Part shown: piece after piece, positions 11,426 through 20,219 of the stretch
Layout of the letters: each line of letters starts with the position of its first letter
Numbering within the stretch: position 1 is the first letter of the stretch
From: Gammaproteobacteria bacterium
Lineage (GTDB): Bacteria > Pseudomonadota > Gammaproteobacteria > Eutrophobiales > Eutrophobiaceae
Direction: 5' to 3'
Assembly: GCA_965205405.1 (NCBI GenBank)
Contig: OZ242169.1
Coordinates: 136,896 to 200,895 of the forward strand
DNA: 64,000 nucleotides
Made by a program: the position numbers and the translations under genes
The notes under the pieces: model-generated
What the model was told of the DNA's origin: nothing
Database searches by the model: none
The model's input: only the letters and a program-made list of their open reading frames with translations

Positions 11426-13129
11426 CTAATCGTTCAGTTCCTCTTCCGACATGTGGTGGCGTGGATGGACCGGGCGCATGAGGGCATTGCTTACCAGTGC
11501 GATGGCCAGCAGCAGGGCCATCAGATACATGGTGCCGTTATACAGGTTGGTAGTCGGGTCGACCGTACCGGCCGGGGCGATATCCATCAAGCTGGCAATC
11601 GTCACGGTCTTTGCCTGCACCAGTGCCGGCAACTGATCGATGCCGGCGCCGAATGCCTCGGCAAAGGCAGCCGGATCGATTTTCGTAACCAGGTCGTCAA
11701 TAGCCCTGGTGACGGCGCTTTCCCGCAGTGAGGTAATGGCCAGAGGACCCAGCACGCCGGCGGTACTCCAGGCAGTCAACAGGCGGCCGTGAATACCCCC
11801 GACGTATTTCGTCCCGAAAATATCCGCCAGGTAGGCCGGGATAGTGGCGAAGCCGCCGCCGTACATGGTAAAAATGATCATGGTGGCGGCGTAGAAATAC
11901 ACCAGCCAGACCACCGCGGGACTGACACTGACCTGCTGGGCGGTATACGGGATGGAGCAATAAAGCAGAATACCCAGCGCAAAGAATATCCAGTAAGTAT
12001 TGCGCCGCCCGATGTAATCCGAGGTGCTGGCCCAGATAAACCGCCCTATCATGTTGAATACGCTGATCATGACGACGTAGGTCGCGGCAAACGCGCCGTC
12101 AACGATATGCGGCAGGGTCGTGCCGAATATCTCCGTCATCATGGTCTTGGCCACGCCCAGCACGCCGATGCCGGCGGTAACGTTAAAACAGAGCACGATC
12201 CATAACTGGTAAAACTGCCGTGTTTTCAGGGCCTGGTCAATATCCACATGGTTGCGTGTCATCATCTTCTTTTCCGCATGGGCCTCATCCGGAGGGGTCC
12301 AGCCTGCCGGCTGCCAGCCCTGCGCGGGAAGCCGATAGGAGAACGCCGCGATCATCATGATGACAAAATAAATCACGCCCATGGTGAAGAACGTCGCGGC
12401 AACACCAACTGAACCGGTGCCCACCAGGTACACGCCCTCCGGTCCCGGCATCACCATCTGCGCCAGCTCATTGGCGCCGACAACGACTACTTCACGCAAT
12501 TCCCCGCTGACTTCCACGAAACGCCGCCCTGCCCTGGTAACCAGTTCAAGGTCGGCAACCGCGCCCAGATACTCGGGGGCCTTATAGTAAAACCGGATAA
12601 ATAATTCCTTCAATGGCGCGCCGATCATGGCGCCGCCGCCGAAACCCATTATCGCCATCCCTGCGGCCATGCCGCGCCGGTCCGGGAACCAGCGGATCAA
12701 CGTGCTGACGGGTGAGACATAACCCAGGCCCAGGCCGCACCCCCCCAGCACGCCGTAGCCCAGGTATAACAACCATAACTGGTGGGTGACGATGCCGACT
12801 CCGCCGACGATGAATCCGCCGCCCCAACAGCAGGCCGATACCACGCCCACCATGCGCGGACCCACCTGTTCCAGCCACCTGCCGGCGATAGCTGCCGCCA
12901 GCCCCAGGAACACGATCGACACGGTAAATATCCACACGACGCTCTTCAGGGACCAGTCATCGGCGGCGCTCACCACCACGCCGATCTGCTTGATCAGGGC
13001 GGGATTGAAGATGCTCCAGGCATATACCGAACCGATACAAAGATGAATGCCCAGGGCTGCCGGGACGATCAACCAGCGATTGAATCCAGGTTTTGCGATA
13101 ATATGTTGCTTGGACAGGATGCCCGCCAT
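11426..13129 (-). CDS. OFA (oxalate/formate antiporter) family MFS transporter, long variant
   Basis: IGSVYAWSIF, GYVSPVSTLIRWFPDRRGMAAGMAIMGFGGG, YGGGFATIPAYLADIFG and IHGRLLTAWS motifs. Confidence 0.88.
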   Translation of the reverse strand: MAGILSKQHIIAKPGFNRWLIVPAALGIHLCIGSVYAWSIFNPALIKQIGVVVSAADDWSLKSVVWIFTVSIVFLGLAAAIAGRWLEQVGPRMVGVVSACCWGGGFIVGGVGIVTHQLWLLYLGYGVLGGCGLGLGYVSPVSTLIRWFPDRRGMAAGMAIMGFGGGAMIGAPLKELFIRFYYKAPEYLGAVADLELVTRAGRRFVEVSGELREVVVVGANELAQMVMPGPEGVYLVGTGSVGVAATFFTMGVIYFVIMMIAAFSYRLPAQGWQPAGWTPPDEAHAEKKMMTRNHVDIDQALKTRQFYQLWIVLCFNVTAGIGVLGVAKTMMTEIFGTTLPHIVDGAFAATYVVMISVFNMIGRFIWASTSDYIGRRNTYWIFFALGILLYCSIPYTAQQVSVSPAVVWLVYFYAATMIIFTMYGGGFATIPAYLADIFGTKYVGGIHGRLLTAWSTAGVLGPLAITSLRESAVTRAIDDLVTKIDPAAFAEAFGAGIDQLPALVQAKTVTIASLMDIAPAGTVDPTTNLYNGTMYLMALLLAIALVSNALMRPVHPRHHMSEEELND

Positions 13130-13261
13130 GTTGTCTCCTTATTTATTTTAACCACTCTAAGTTCTTTGTTTACTTCCCAACTGTCATCATGCTCCGCCTG
13201 GTCAGGAAATCCGTGGGGCTATTGTAACGTGAAAAGCAATGTGGATAGCAATGAGTTAGCG

Positions 13262-14137
13262 TCACCGCTGTTGACCCTGAATATACTCCCTCTTCAACTT
13301 CTCAATAAACACCATTTGTTCCGACTTTATCAACTCCTTGTCAACGTCGTCGGCAAAACGACTGATATAATCTCCCCCCTGTGGAAATTTCTTCCATTTA
13401 TTTCCCGTGGAAAACGCAAAAACGTCGGCGCTCCGTATATCCAGTTTCACCTTCCCGTCTGATAAATCACCCAGATGCCCGGCAATGCTTGATATAGCCT
13501 TTTTCCTGGGTTGGTCCACCCGCTCGAATTCCAATACGCGAAAGATATCGTTTGCCTGCTCATAAGTATAACCAACCGATTTAACCCTGTTCAGGTATCC
13601 CATCATCATGCCGAAAAGCAACCGCGCAGATACCGGATTCAAGTAGTCCTTACTGCCAACGTCAAAGACTGTGTGGATGACAGCAGGCTGTATACCTTTA
13701 TCAACGGACACATGGCACAACAAAAGCACACTGTCCTGAAAATAGATATACCCGATCATTGATCCCAGGGAAATAATGTCTTCACCGGTAGAATCCGCGG
13801 TCATATTCAGGCGGGCATTGATGGAAATGCCGGATACGCCCTGGTAGCCGCCCTGAGTAATCAGTATGTCCCCTAACTTTATTTTGTTAACGAGGCTGGG
13901 GCTGATAGCCAGGATTGATTCAAGACGTTGACTCTGGGACTGTGACAGTGCTTTGCGTTGTTCCCAGCTCAATTCGGAAACCGCTGCAAAAACTGTTTTC
14001 CCTATCTGGCCGGCCGTATCCTGGTTTGGGAATACTGCATAGAATATTTCGCAATCAGGGTTTGAAAATTTGTCTGCGGCGGCAAAAACAGATATTGGAA
14101 AAAGAAAAAGAAAGCTTATTCTTGCCAGGCTGGACAT
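13262..14137 (-). CDS. Hypothetical secreted protein
   Basis: 291-aa ORF with a signal-peptide-like N-terminus (…FLFLFPISVFA-AA) that fills the gap between TBDR and OFA on the same strand; no motif recognised. Confidence 0.65.
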   Translation of the reverse strand: MSSLARISFLFLFPISVFAAADKFSNPDCEIFYAVFPNQDTAGQIGKTVFAAVSELSWEQRKALSQSQSQRLESILAISPSLVNKIKLGDILITQGGYQGVSGISINARLNMTADSTGEDIISLGSMIGYIYFQDSVLLLCHVSVDKGIQPAVIHTVFDVGSKDYLNPVSARLLFGMMMGYLNRVKSVGYTYEQANDIFRVLEFERVDQPRKKAISSIAGHLGDLSDGKVKLDIRSADVFAFSTGNKWKKFPQGGDYISRFADDVDKELIKSEQMVFIEKLKREYIQGQQR

Positions 14138-14215
14138 TATCTATTACAAACGTACAAAAACAACTGCGCTATTGGTTTCATGGATCAATAGCGCAGTCAG
14201 AACTCGGGTTCTCTA

Positions 14216-16693
14216 TCAGTAACTGAAACTTGTCCTCAGGTAAATGAAGCGGCCATTAACGCCGATCGGTGAGAGAACATCGTATGGCAGATTGCCAAAA
14301 TAGCTGATGTCGAATATCGATTCGTCAGGGTATTCATCAAACAGGTTGTTACCCCCGGCTGAAACACGCCAGTTATCAGTAATTGCATATCCAATATCGG
14401 CATCAACAGACCACTCGGCGCCATAGACCTGCTGTGGCTCAAAACCACCGCCGAAGTCAAATATACGTTCGGTTTTGCCGAAACGCGTTGCTCTCACCAG
14501 GGCGGAAATGGTTTCGTTGGACCATGAACCTGTGAGAATCAGCTTGTCTTCGGGCGCTGCCGTTTCATAGGTATTCTGCTCTTCGATACCGATAATCACC
14601 CGGTTCGGATTATTGACTATATCGGTCTCGGTGTTGTTGTACGCAGCCGAGAGACTCCAGCCCTCGTGCCTGTAGGCTGCAACCACGTCAAAGCCGGTGG
14701 TTTCCGTATCTGCAACATTGGTAAAAAACCGGACCCCGCCAACACCGGGTACACCGTCTACAGGTATATTCTGAGAGAGTGCAATACGATCATCGATATC
14801 TACTTCGAAGTAATCAAAGGTCAGGCTGAGACCGCTGTCATGGAACCAGGTAAAACCGACGCTTATACTCAGTGATTCTTCAGCATCAAGAGCCTCCGCC
14901 CCATTCTCCCGGGCCATAGGATCAGTCACGGGCAGACTCAATGTTCTTACCAGCGCACCACCGGTACCATAACTGGTCGACGTACCGGTAAAAAAGGCCT
15001 GTGCGAGAGATGGCGCCCGGAATCCGGTACTGACACTTCCTCGAATGGCGAAGCCCGGGAACAGTTCATACCGAGCCGCAGCCTTACCATTAACCGTATC
15101 GCCGAAATCATCGTAATCTTCAAATCTGCCTGCTACCGAGAACAGAAGATCTTCGGTAATATCAAACTCCAGGTCGACATAAGCCGAATAGGAAAATCTG
15201 TCTTCATCGACTTCATCGGAAGGCTGCAATCCTGCACCGCTCTGGGCTCCGATCCTGGCCGTATCACTATTACCGAAGGTGACACAGACCGTACAGGCTA
15301 CGGCGGTCCCTGCGATATAGGATTCCGGGTCACCTGCCTTTGTGCTGTAATCCTCAAAACGAAACTCCAGGCCTGCCGCGGCATTTACCGGGATGGCGCC
15401 GAATTCCATCCCTTTGGAAACATCAAGATTCAGCACAGTCTGCGAATATTCATATTCGCCCCGGTAAAATTCAGTCGGACTCGCAGCGCCCAGCGATGAA
15501 TTAATGGTGTTCTTTACACCATCGGAAAACTCGTTGAAACCGTGTACTACGCTCGCATCAATCATCCAGCCGCCGGACAACTCGCCGGTTATACCGCCGG
15601 CAACGGAGAAGTCTGTGATATCTGCATCACTTATCGGCACAAACCCGTTGGGATATACCGAAGCTACGTTATTTGCGCTGACCGGATAACGAAAGAAAGT
15701 GTAGCCTTCTCCGTCACGCGCCGAGTAACTGCCAAAACTGTATAACTCAAATCCTGAACTCAAATCGAAACCGGCGTTATACATCAGGTTTATATCACTT
15801 GATTCACCATCGCCTTCACGATAGTTTCGCATACCTGCCAGGGCATCATTCGGGGCGGCTTCCGGTGTCCCGCTGGAAGGGATAGGCGCGATGAATTCAG
15901 CAAAGCCAATCGTCGGTAGCTGGTCGAAACTCGACCGGTTAGTCGACGATCTGTCACGGTATTCCGCACTGAGGTTAAGGTAGCCGTTTGCGAAAGAAAA
16001 CCCATGGTTTGCACTGACAGTCACTGTTTGTCCGTCTGTGATATCCTCATCAACCGGTTTCAGATCAGTGACATGGCCACCATACGAAACCGAGAGATTA
16101 CCCCCTTCAGCATTATCTTTCAGGACGATGTTAATGACTCCGGCAATGGCATCCGAACCGTACTGGGCTGCTGCGCCATCCCGTAATACTTCAATGCGCT
16201 CAATCGCACTGGTGGGGATATTATTAAAATCCACTGCTGCACTGCCTCTGCCTATCTTCGATTCAGTACTGATGACCGAATTGACATGACGTCGCTTTCC
16301 ATTAACCAGAACCAGCACCTGATCAGGACTTAAACCCCTTAATTGCGCTGATCTGACAATATCGGTCTGACCGGAGTTGGATTGGCGCGGCATGCTGAAA
16401 GAAGCAACGGCAGCCTGTAACAAGCCACCCAGTTCGCCGCCAATATTGGGCGATCTGACCAGGTCATCAGCAGTAATGATATCCACCGGGACCAGGCTGT
16501 CTTCAATACCGCGGGCCTGAGAACGAGTGCCGATGGTAACGATTTCTTCAAGCTCGTTATCTGCAGCAGGCCGGGATTCCTGTGCAACCGGCTGAAATGT
16601 ATAGATATTCAGTGATAATATGGTAATAACAGGAAGCGTTATCAGTCTATTCAATAACTTCATTTTATTCACTCCTGAAAGTTTCTTGAGCAA
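14216..16693 (-). CDS. TonB-dependent receptor
   Basis: TonB box-like LEEIVTIGTR, plug motif LRGLSPDQVLVLVNGKRRH…IERIEVLRDGAAAQYGSDAIAGVINIVLK, C-terminal GRFIYLRTSFSY. True start is probably the second Met. Confidence 0.93.
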   Translation of the reverse strand: MLKKLSGVNKMKLLNRLITLPVITILSLNIYTFQPVAQESRPAADNELEEIVTIGTRSQARGIEDSLVPVDIITADDLVRSPNIGGELGGLLQAAVASFSMPRQSNSGQTDIVRSAQLRGLSPDQVLVLVNGKRRHVNSVISTESKIGRGSAAVDFNNIPTSAIERIEVLRDGAAAQYGSDAIAGVINIVLKDNAEGGNLSVSYGGHVTDLKPVDEDITDGQTVTVSANHGFSFANGYLNLSAEYRDRSSTNRSSFDQLPTIGFAEFIAPIPSSGTPEAAPNDALAGMRNYREGDGESSDINLMYNAGFDLSSGFELYSFGSYSARDGEGYTFFRYPVSANNVASVYPNGFVPISDADITDFSVAGGITGELSGGWMIDASVVHGFNEFSDGVKNTINSSLGAASPTEFYRGEYEYSQTVLNLDVSKGMEFGAIPVNAAAGLEFRFEDYSTKAGDPESYIAGTAVACTVCVTFGNSDTARIGAQSGAGLQPSDEVDEDRFSYSAYVDLEFDITEDLLFSVAGRFEDYDDFGDTVNGKAAARYELFPGFAIRGSVSTGFRAPSLAQAFFTGTSTSYGTGGALVRTLSLPVTDPMARENGAEALDAEESLSISVGFTWFHDSGLSLTFDYFEVDIDDRIALSQNIPVDGVPGVGGVRFFTNVADTETTGFDVVAAYRHEGWSLSAAYNNTETDIVNNPNRVIIGIEEQNTYETAAPEDKLILTGSWSNETISALVRATRFGKTERIFDFGGGFEPQQVYGAEWSVDADIGYAITDNWRVSAGGNNLFDEYPDESIFDISYFGNLPYDVLSPIGVNGRFIYLRTSFSY

Positions 16694-16740
16694 TGCCTGG
16701 AGATGGCACCATTCTACATAATATGAGGAATGTTATCCAC

Positions 16741-16767
16741 TGGATGCCGGGTCAAGCCCGGCATGAC
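16741..16767. repeat. REP-like GTCAT[G/T]CC…GG[C/A]ATCCA hairpin (family IV)
   Basis: TGGATGCCGGGTCAAGCCCGGCATGAC; related hairpins at 41197-41223 and 44039-44065. Confidence 0.7.
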
Positions 16768-16880
16768 GTCGGAGCGTCGGGACGTCATGACGTCAGGGCG
16801 GCGGGGTGTCGGGGTGTCGGGGCGGCGGCGGGGCTATACTGGTCTGACCCTGGAAGTAATTATTTGCTATACTGTCGAAC

Positions 16881-17879
16881 ATGAAACACGGAGACATATT
16901 AGTCGACAATTTCGGCCGAACGGTGGACTACGTCCGTATCTCGGTAACGGATCGTTGCGACTTCCGTTGCGTGTACTGCATGGACGAAGAAATGCAGTTC
17001 GTTCCCAGGGCCAAATTGCTGTCCCTGGAAGAAATTTCGGTGATCGCCCGGGCTTTTACCGAGCTGGGTGTCAGCAAGATACGCATCACCGGCGGCGAAC
17101 CGTTAATCAGGCGGAACATCACCAAGTTATTCTACGATATTGGTGAACTGGAAGGCTTGAAGGAGCTGACTCTCACCACCAATGGTTCGCAATTACCGAA
17201 ACTGGCAGGCGAACTGAAAGAAGCCGGCGTCAAACGCATCAACATCAGCCTGGACTCGCTCGACCCGGATAAATTCAGGCAGCTGACCCGCGTGGGGGAA
17301 CTGGACAAGGTGCTCGCCGGTATTGACGCTGCCCTGGCAACCGGGTTTAAAAAAATCAAGATCAACTCCGTCATTCTGAAAAACCGCAATGATGATGAAA
17401 TTCCGGACCTGGTCGGGTTTGCCGCGGCGCGCGGCATGGACATCAGCTTCATCGAAGAAATGCCTCTTGGCGTTATCGGCGACCATGACCGCGCCGAGGC
17501 CTATTATTCGAGTGACGAGATCAGGGCTGACCTGGAACAACGCTATACCCTGTTGCCGACCACCGAGACGACCGGCGGTCCGTCACGCTACTATAAGATT
17601 GTTGAAACCAATACCAAGGTAGGCTTCATTTCGCCCCACAGCCATAACTTCTGCGACAGTTGCAACCGGGTCAGGCTCACTTGCGAGGGTCGCCTGCTGC
17701 TCTGTCTCGGCCAGGAACATTCCGTGGACTTGCGCCAGGTCATCCGGTCCCATCCCGGTGACATGGACAAGTTGAAACAGGCATTGCGCGCGTCCATGGC
17801 CATCAAACCCAAGGGACATGAATTCGATCTCTCAGCCAAACCCGTCATTTTCCGTCATATGAATATGACGGGAGGGTGA
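16881..17879 (+). CDS. moaA: GTP 3',8-cyclase MoaA (radical SAM)
   Basis: RISVTDRCDFRCVYCM, RITGGEP, FCDSCNRVRLT and C-terminal MTGG. Confidence 0.97.
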   Translation: MKHGDILVDNFGRTVDYVRISVTDRCDFRCVYCMDEEMQFVPRAKLLSLEEISVIARAFTELGVSKIRITGGEPLIRRNITKLFYDIGELEGLKELTLTTNGSQLPKLAGELKEAGVKRINISLDSLDPDKFRQLTRVGELDKVLAGIDAALATGFKKIKINSVILKNRNDDEIPDLVGFAAARGMDISFIEEMPLGVIGDHDRAEAYYSSDEIRADLEQRYTLLPTTETTGGPSRYYKIVETNTKVGFISPHSHNFCDSCNRVRLTCEGRLLLCLGQEHSVDLRQVIRSHPGDMDKLKQALRASMAIKPKGHEFDLSAKPVIFRHMNMTGG

Positions 17880-18059
17880 GCCGGAATCAAAAAAAGACAC
17901 TTAACGTGTCTTTTTTGATGTGCGCCATCCGTGGCACACACCCTGCGGGCGCCCTTTGAGCGTCCAAATCTGCTCCGGGCAGATTTGTCACGGCGAACGA
18001 CACAACAAGGATGTTGTGGCTGGGGTTTAACGAAATTGCTGAAGTCGCACCAGGGATGG
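17874..18059 (+). repeat. About 186-bp multi-hairpin dispersed repeat, copy 1 (family V)
   Basis: About 88% identical by hand alignment to the reverse complement of 23193-23377; begins GGGTGAGCC inside the last moaA codons. Confidence 0.88.
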
Positions 18060-18132
18060 TTACTCAATACTTTATAAGCTTGATAAACTCAAGACATCAA
18101 TATGATATTCCCGGCGAACACAGTATCAAGTT

Positions 18133-18999
18133 ATGAATAATTCATTATGTCGCCGGCCGGCGATGACGAATGCCGGTGTCGAGCCTACCATTGCTGTCGA
18201 TGCGGTTGACGAGTTCCGGAATATCCGGGAAATGTACATCGCTGATGAACGACCGCTTACCATCTACGTTGACAGCTACGAGATCGTCACCCTGATGACA
18301 CTCGGAAAAACTCCCGAATTACTGACCCTTGGGTACCTGAAAAACCAGGGCATCGTTGAGGACATCAACGAAATCCGCTCGGTACAGGTAGATTGGGAGG
18401 TGAATGCCGCAGCGGTGACCACCTACTCGGAAAGGGACGATTGGAAAGATCGGCTGGGACCGAGAATAGTGACTACGGGTTGCGGCCAGGGGACGGTGTA
18501 CGGCAATATCCTGGAGCAGATAGACCAGATAGAGTTGCACGCGACGCGGCTCAAACAATCGGATATCTATGCCCTGCTGAAAAACCTGGCCAGCTATAAT
18601 GACGTCTACAAAAGCGCCGGCGCCGTGCATGGCTGCGCCTTGTGCAGCGGAACGGGAGTAGCCATTTTTATTGAGGACGTGGGTCGACACAATGCCGTCG
18701 ACGCTATCGCCGGACAAATGTGGCTTGATGGCATACCCGGCCATGACAAGTTGTTTTACACCACCGGCCGGTTGACTTCGGAGATGGTGCTGAAAGTGGC
18801 GCAAATGGGTATTCCGGCTCTGTTATCCCGTTCGGGCATCACCCAGATGGGCCTGAAACTTGCCATGGATTTTGGCGTTATCCTGTTTTCCCGTGCCAAA
18901 GGGAAGCACTTCCTTGTCTATCACGGCGCTGAGCACATTGATTTTGATGTGTCACTGCCACCGAAGCGCGCAGTTGCAAACCTGAAAAGCGCCGGCTGA
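18133..18999 (+). CDS. fdhD: Formate dehydrogenase accessory sulfurtransferase FdhD
   Basis: ERPLTIYVD…TLMTLG, TTGCGQGT, GAVHGCAL, EDVGRHNAVD and TTGRLTSEMVLK motifs. Confidence 0.93.
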   Translation: MNNSLCRRPAMTNAGVEPTIAVDAVDEFRNIREMYIADERPLTIYVDSYEIVTLMTLGKTPELLTLGYLKNQGIVEDINEIRSVQVDWEVNAAAVTTYSERDDWKDRLGPRIVTTGCGQGTVYGNILEQIDQIELHATRLKQSDIYALLKNLASYNDVYKSAGAVHGCALCSGTGVAIFIEDVGRHNAVDAIAGQMWLDGIPGHDKLFYTTGRLTSEMVLKVAQMGIPALLSRSGITQMGLKLAMDFGVILFSRAKGKHFLVYHGAEHIDFDVSLPPKRAVANLKSAG

Positions 19000-19018
19000 A
19001 AACTCTGCGGATCACAAG

Positions 19019-19612
19019 GTGCCGAAAACCGAGATTACCGGCGTTATCCTGGCCGGAGGCGAAGCAAGGCGCATGGGCGGTGGCGACAAAGGGCTGGTGG
19101 ATTTATGCGGCAAACCGTTGGTCGAGCATGCACTGGCCGCTTTATCCCCCCAGGTTAACGCGATCATCATCAATGCAAACCGCAACCATGACCGCTATGG
19201 CGCCTATGGCTACCCCGTCATAGCTGATAGCAGGCAGGGTTTTCAAGGACCCCTGGCCGGCATGTTGAGTTGCCTTGAGGCAGCAAAGACGGAGTTTATG
19301 GTTTCGGCCCCCTGCGATTCGCCGTTGCTTCCGGATGACCTGGTGGCACGCTTGTTCAGGCAACTGAGCGATGATGAGGCGGAAATCAGCGTCGCCCATA
19401 ACGGTGACAGAATGCAGCCGGTGTTTACGCTCATGCCGATCTCCCTGGCCCCTTCCATGCAGGCGTTTCTTGATGGCGGCGGTCGCAAGATAGACCGGTG
19501 GTTCGAGCAACACAAGCTGGCCGTGACTGATTTTTCCGATAAACCGGAGTGCTTCAGGAATATCAATAACCCGGCTGACCTGGCGCAGATGGAGGCGCGG
19601 TTGGATGCCTGA
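19019..19612 (+). CDS. mobA: Molybdenum cofactor guanylyltransferase MobA
   Basis: ILAGGEARRMGGGDKG, GPLAG, PCDSP and NINNPADL motifs. Confidence 0.96.
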   Translation: MPKTEITGVILAGGEARRMGGGDKGLVDLCGKPLVEHALAALSPQVNAIIINANRNHDRYGAYGYPVIADSRQGFQGPLAGMLSCLEAAKTEFMVSAPCDSPLLPDDLVARLFRQLSDDEAEISVAHNGDRMQPVFTLMPISLAPSMQAFLDGGGRKIDRWFEQHKLAVTDFSDKPECFRNINNPADLAQMEARLDA

Positions 19613-20144
19613 ACTCCCGGATATTCCTTTGATCGGCTTCGCCGCCTACAGCGGCACCGGAAAGACAACCCTGCTGGTCAACCTGCTGGGTATTTTCATC
19701 TCCCGAAACCTGCGCGTGGGGGTAATCAAGCATGCCCACCACACCTTTGAGATCGATTATCCGGGGAAAGACAGTTATGAACTGCGCAAGGCCGGCGCCA
19801 GCCAGGTATTGATCGGGTCGAAAAAGCGCTGGGCGCTGCTGGTCGAAAACCGGGATGACGATGACAAACCGCTGGAATATCATATCAGGAACCTGGACCT
19901 GGAAAACCTGGACCTGATCCTGGTTGAAGGGTTCAAGCCCGAAGTCATCCCCAAGATAGAGCTGCATCGTCCGAGTCTGGGGCGTGACTTCCTGTATCCG
20001 GGTGATGAGAGTATCATAGCGATTGCGACTGATGCCGAGTTATCCGTCGATACTGAATTACCGATTCTGGACATGAATAATCCACAACAAATCGCGCATT
20101 TTATTATTGACCGTTACAATTTGGGAGAAAGGGGACAGATTTGA
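19605..20144 (+). CDS. mobB: MGD biosynthesis protein MobB
   Basis: AYSGTGKTTL P-loop, IKHAHH, GKDSYELRKAGA and LVEGFK motifs. Confidence 0.95.
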   Translation: MPELPDIPLIGFAAYSGTGKTTLLVNLLGIFISRNLRVGVIKHAHHTFEIDYPGKDSYELRKAGASQVLIGSKKRWALLVENRDDDDKPLEYHIRNLDLENLDLILVEGFKPEVIPKIELHRPSLGRDFLYPGDESIIAIATDAELSVDTELPILDMNNPQQIAHFIIDRYNLGERGQI

Positions 20145-20204
20145 ACATCGTGAACACCGGGGACAGATTTAAATCTTTCCCAGCATTGCCATAATTCTGT
20201 CCCC
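20131..20204. repeat. Family II REP arms (GGGGACAGATTT x2 plus an inverted arm)
   Basis: Arms at 20131, 20159 and 20195-20204; the first encodes the mobB end (RGQI-stop). Confidence 0.75.
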
Positions 20205-20219
20205 GGTATTATTGATACA

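Noticed and set aside
16768-16880. Moco/Tuco riboswitch upstream of moaA
   Set aside because: I could not recognise the conserved multi-stem motif; the region holds a REP hairpin and G-tracts. An Rfam scan would be decisive.
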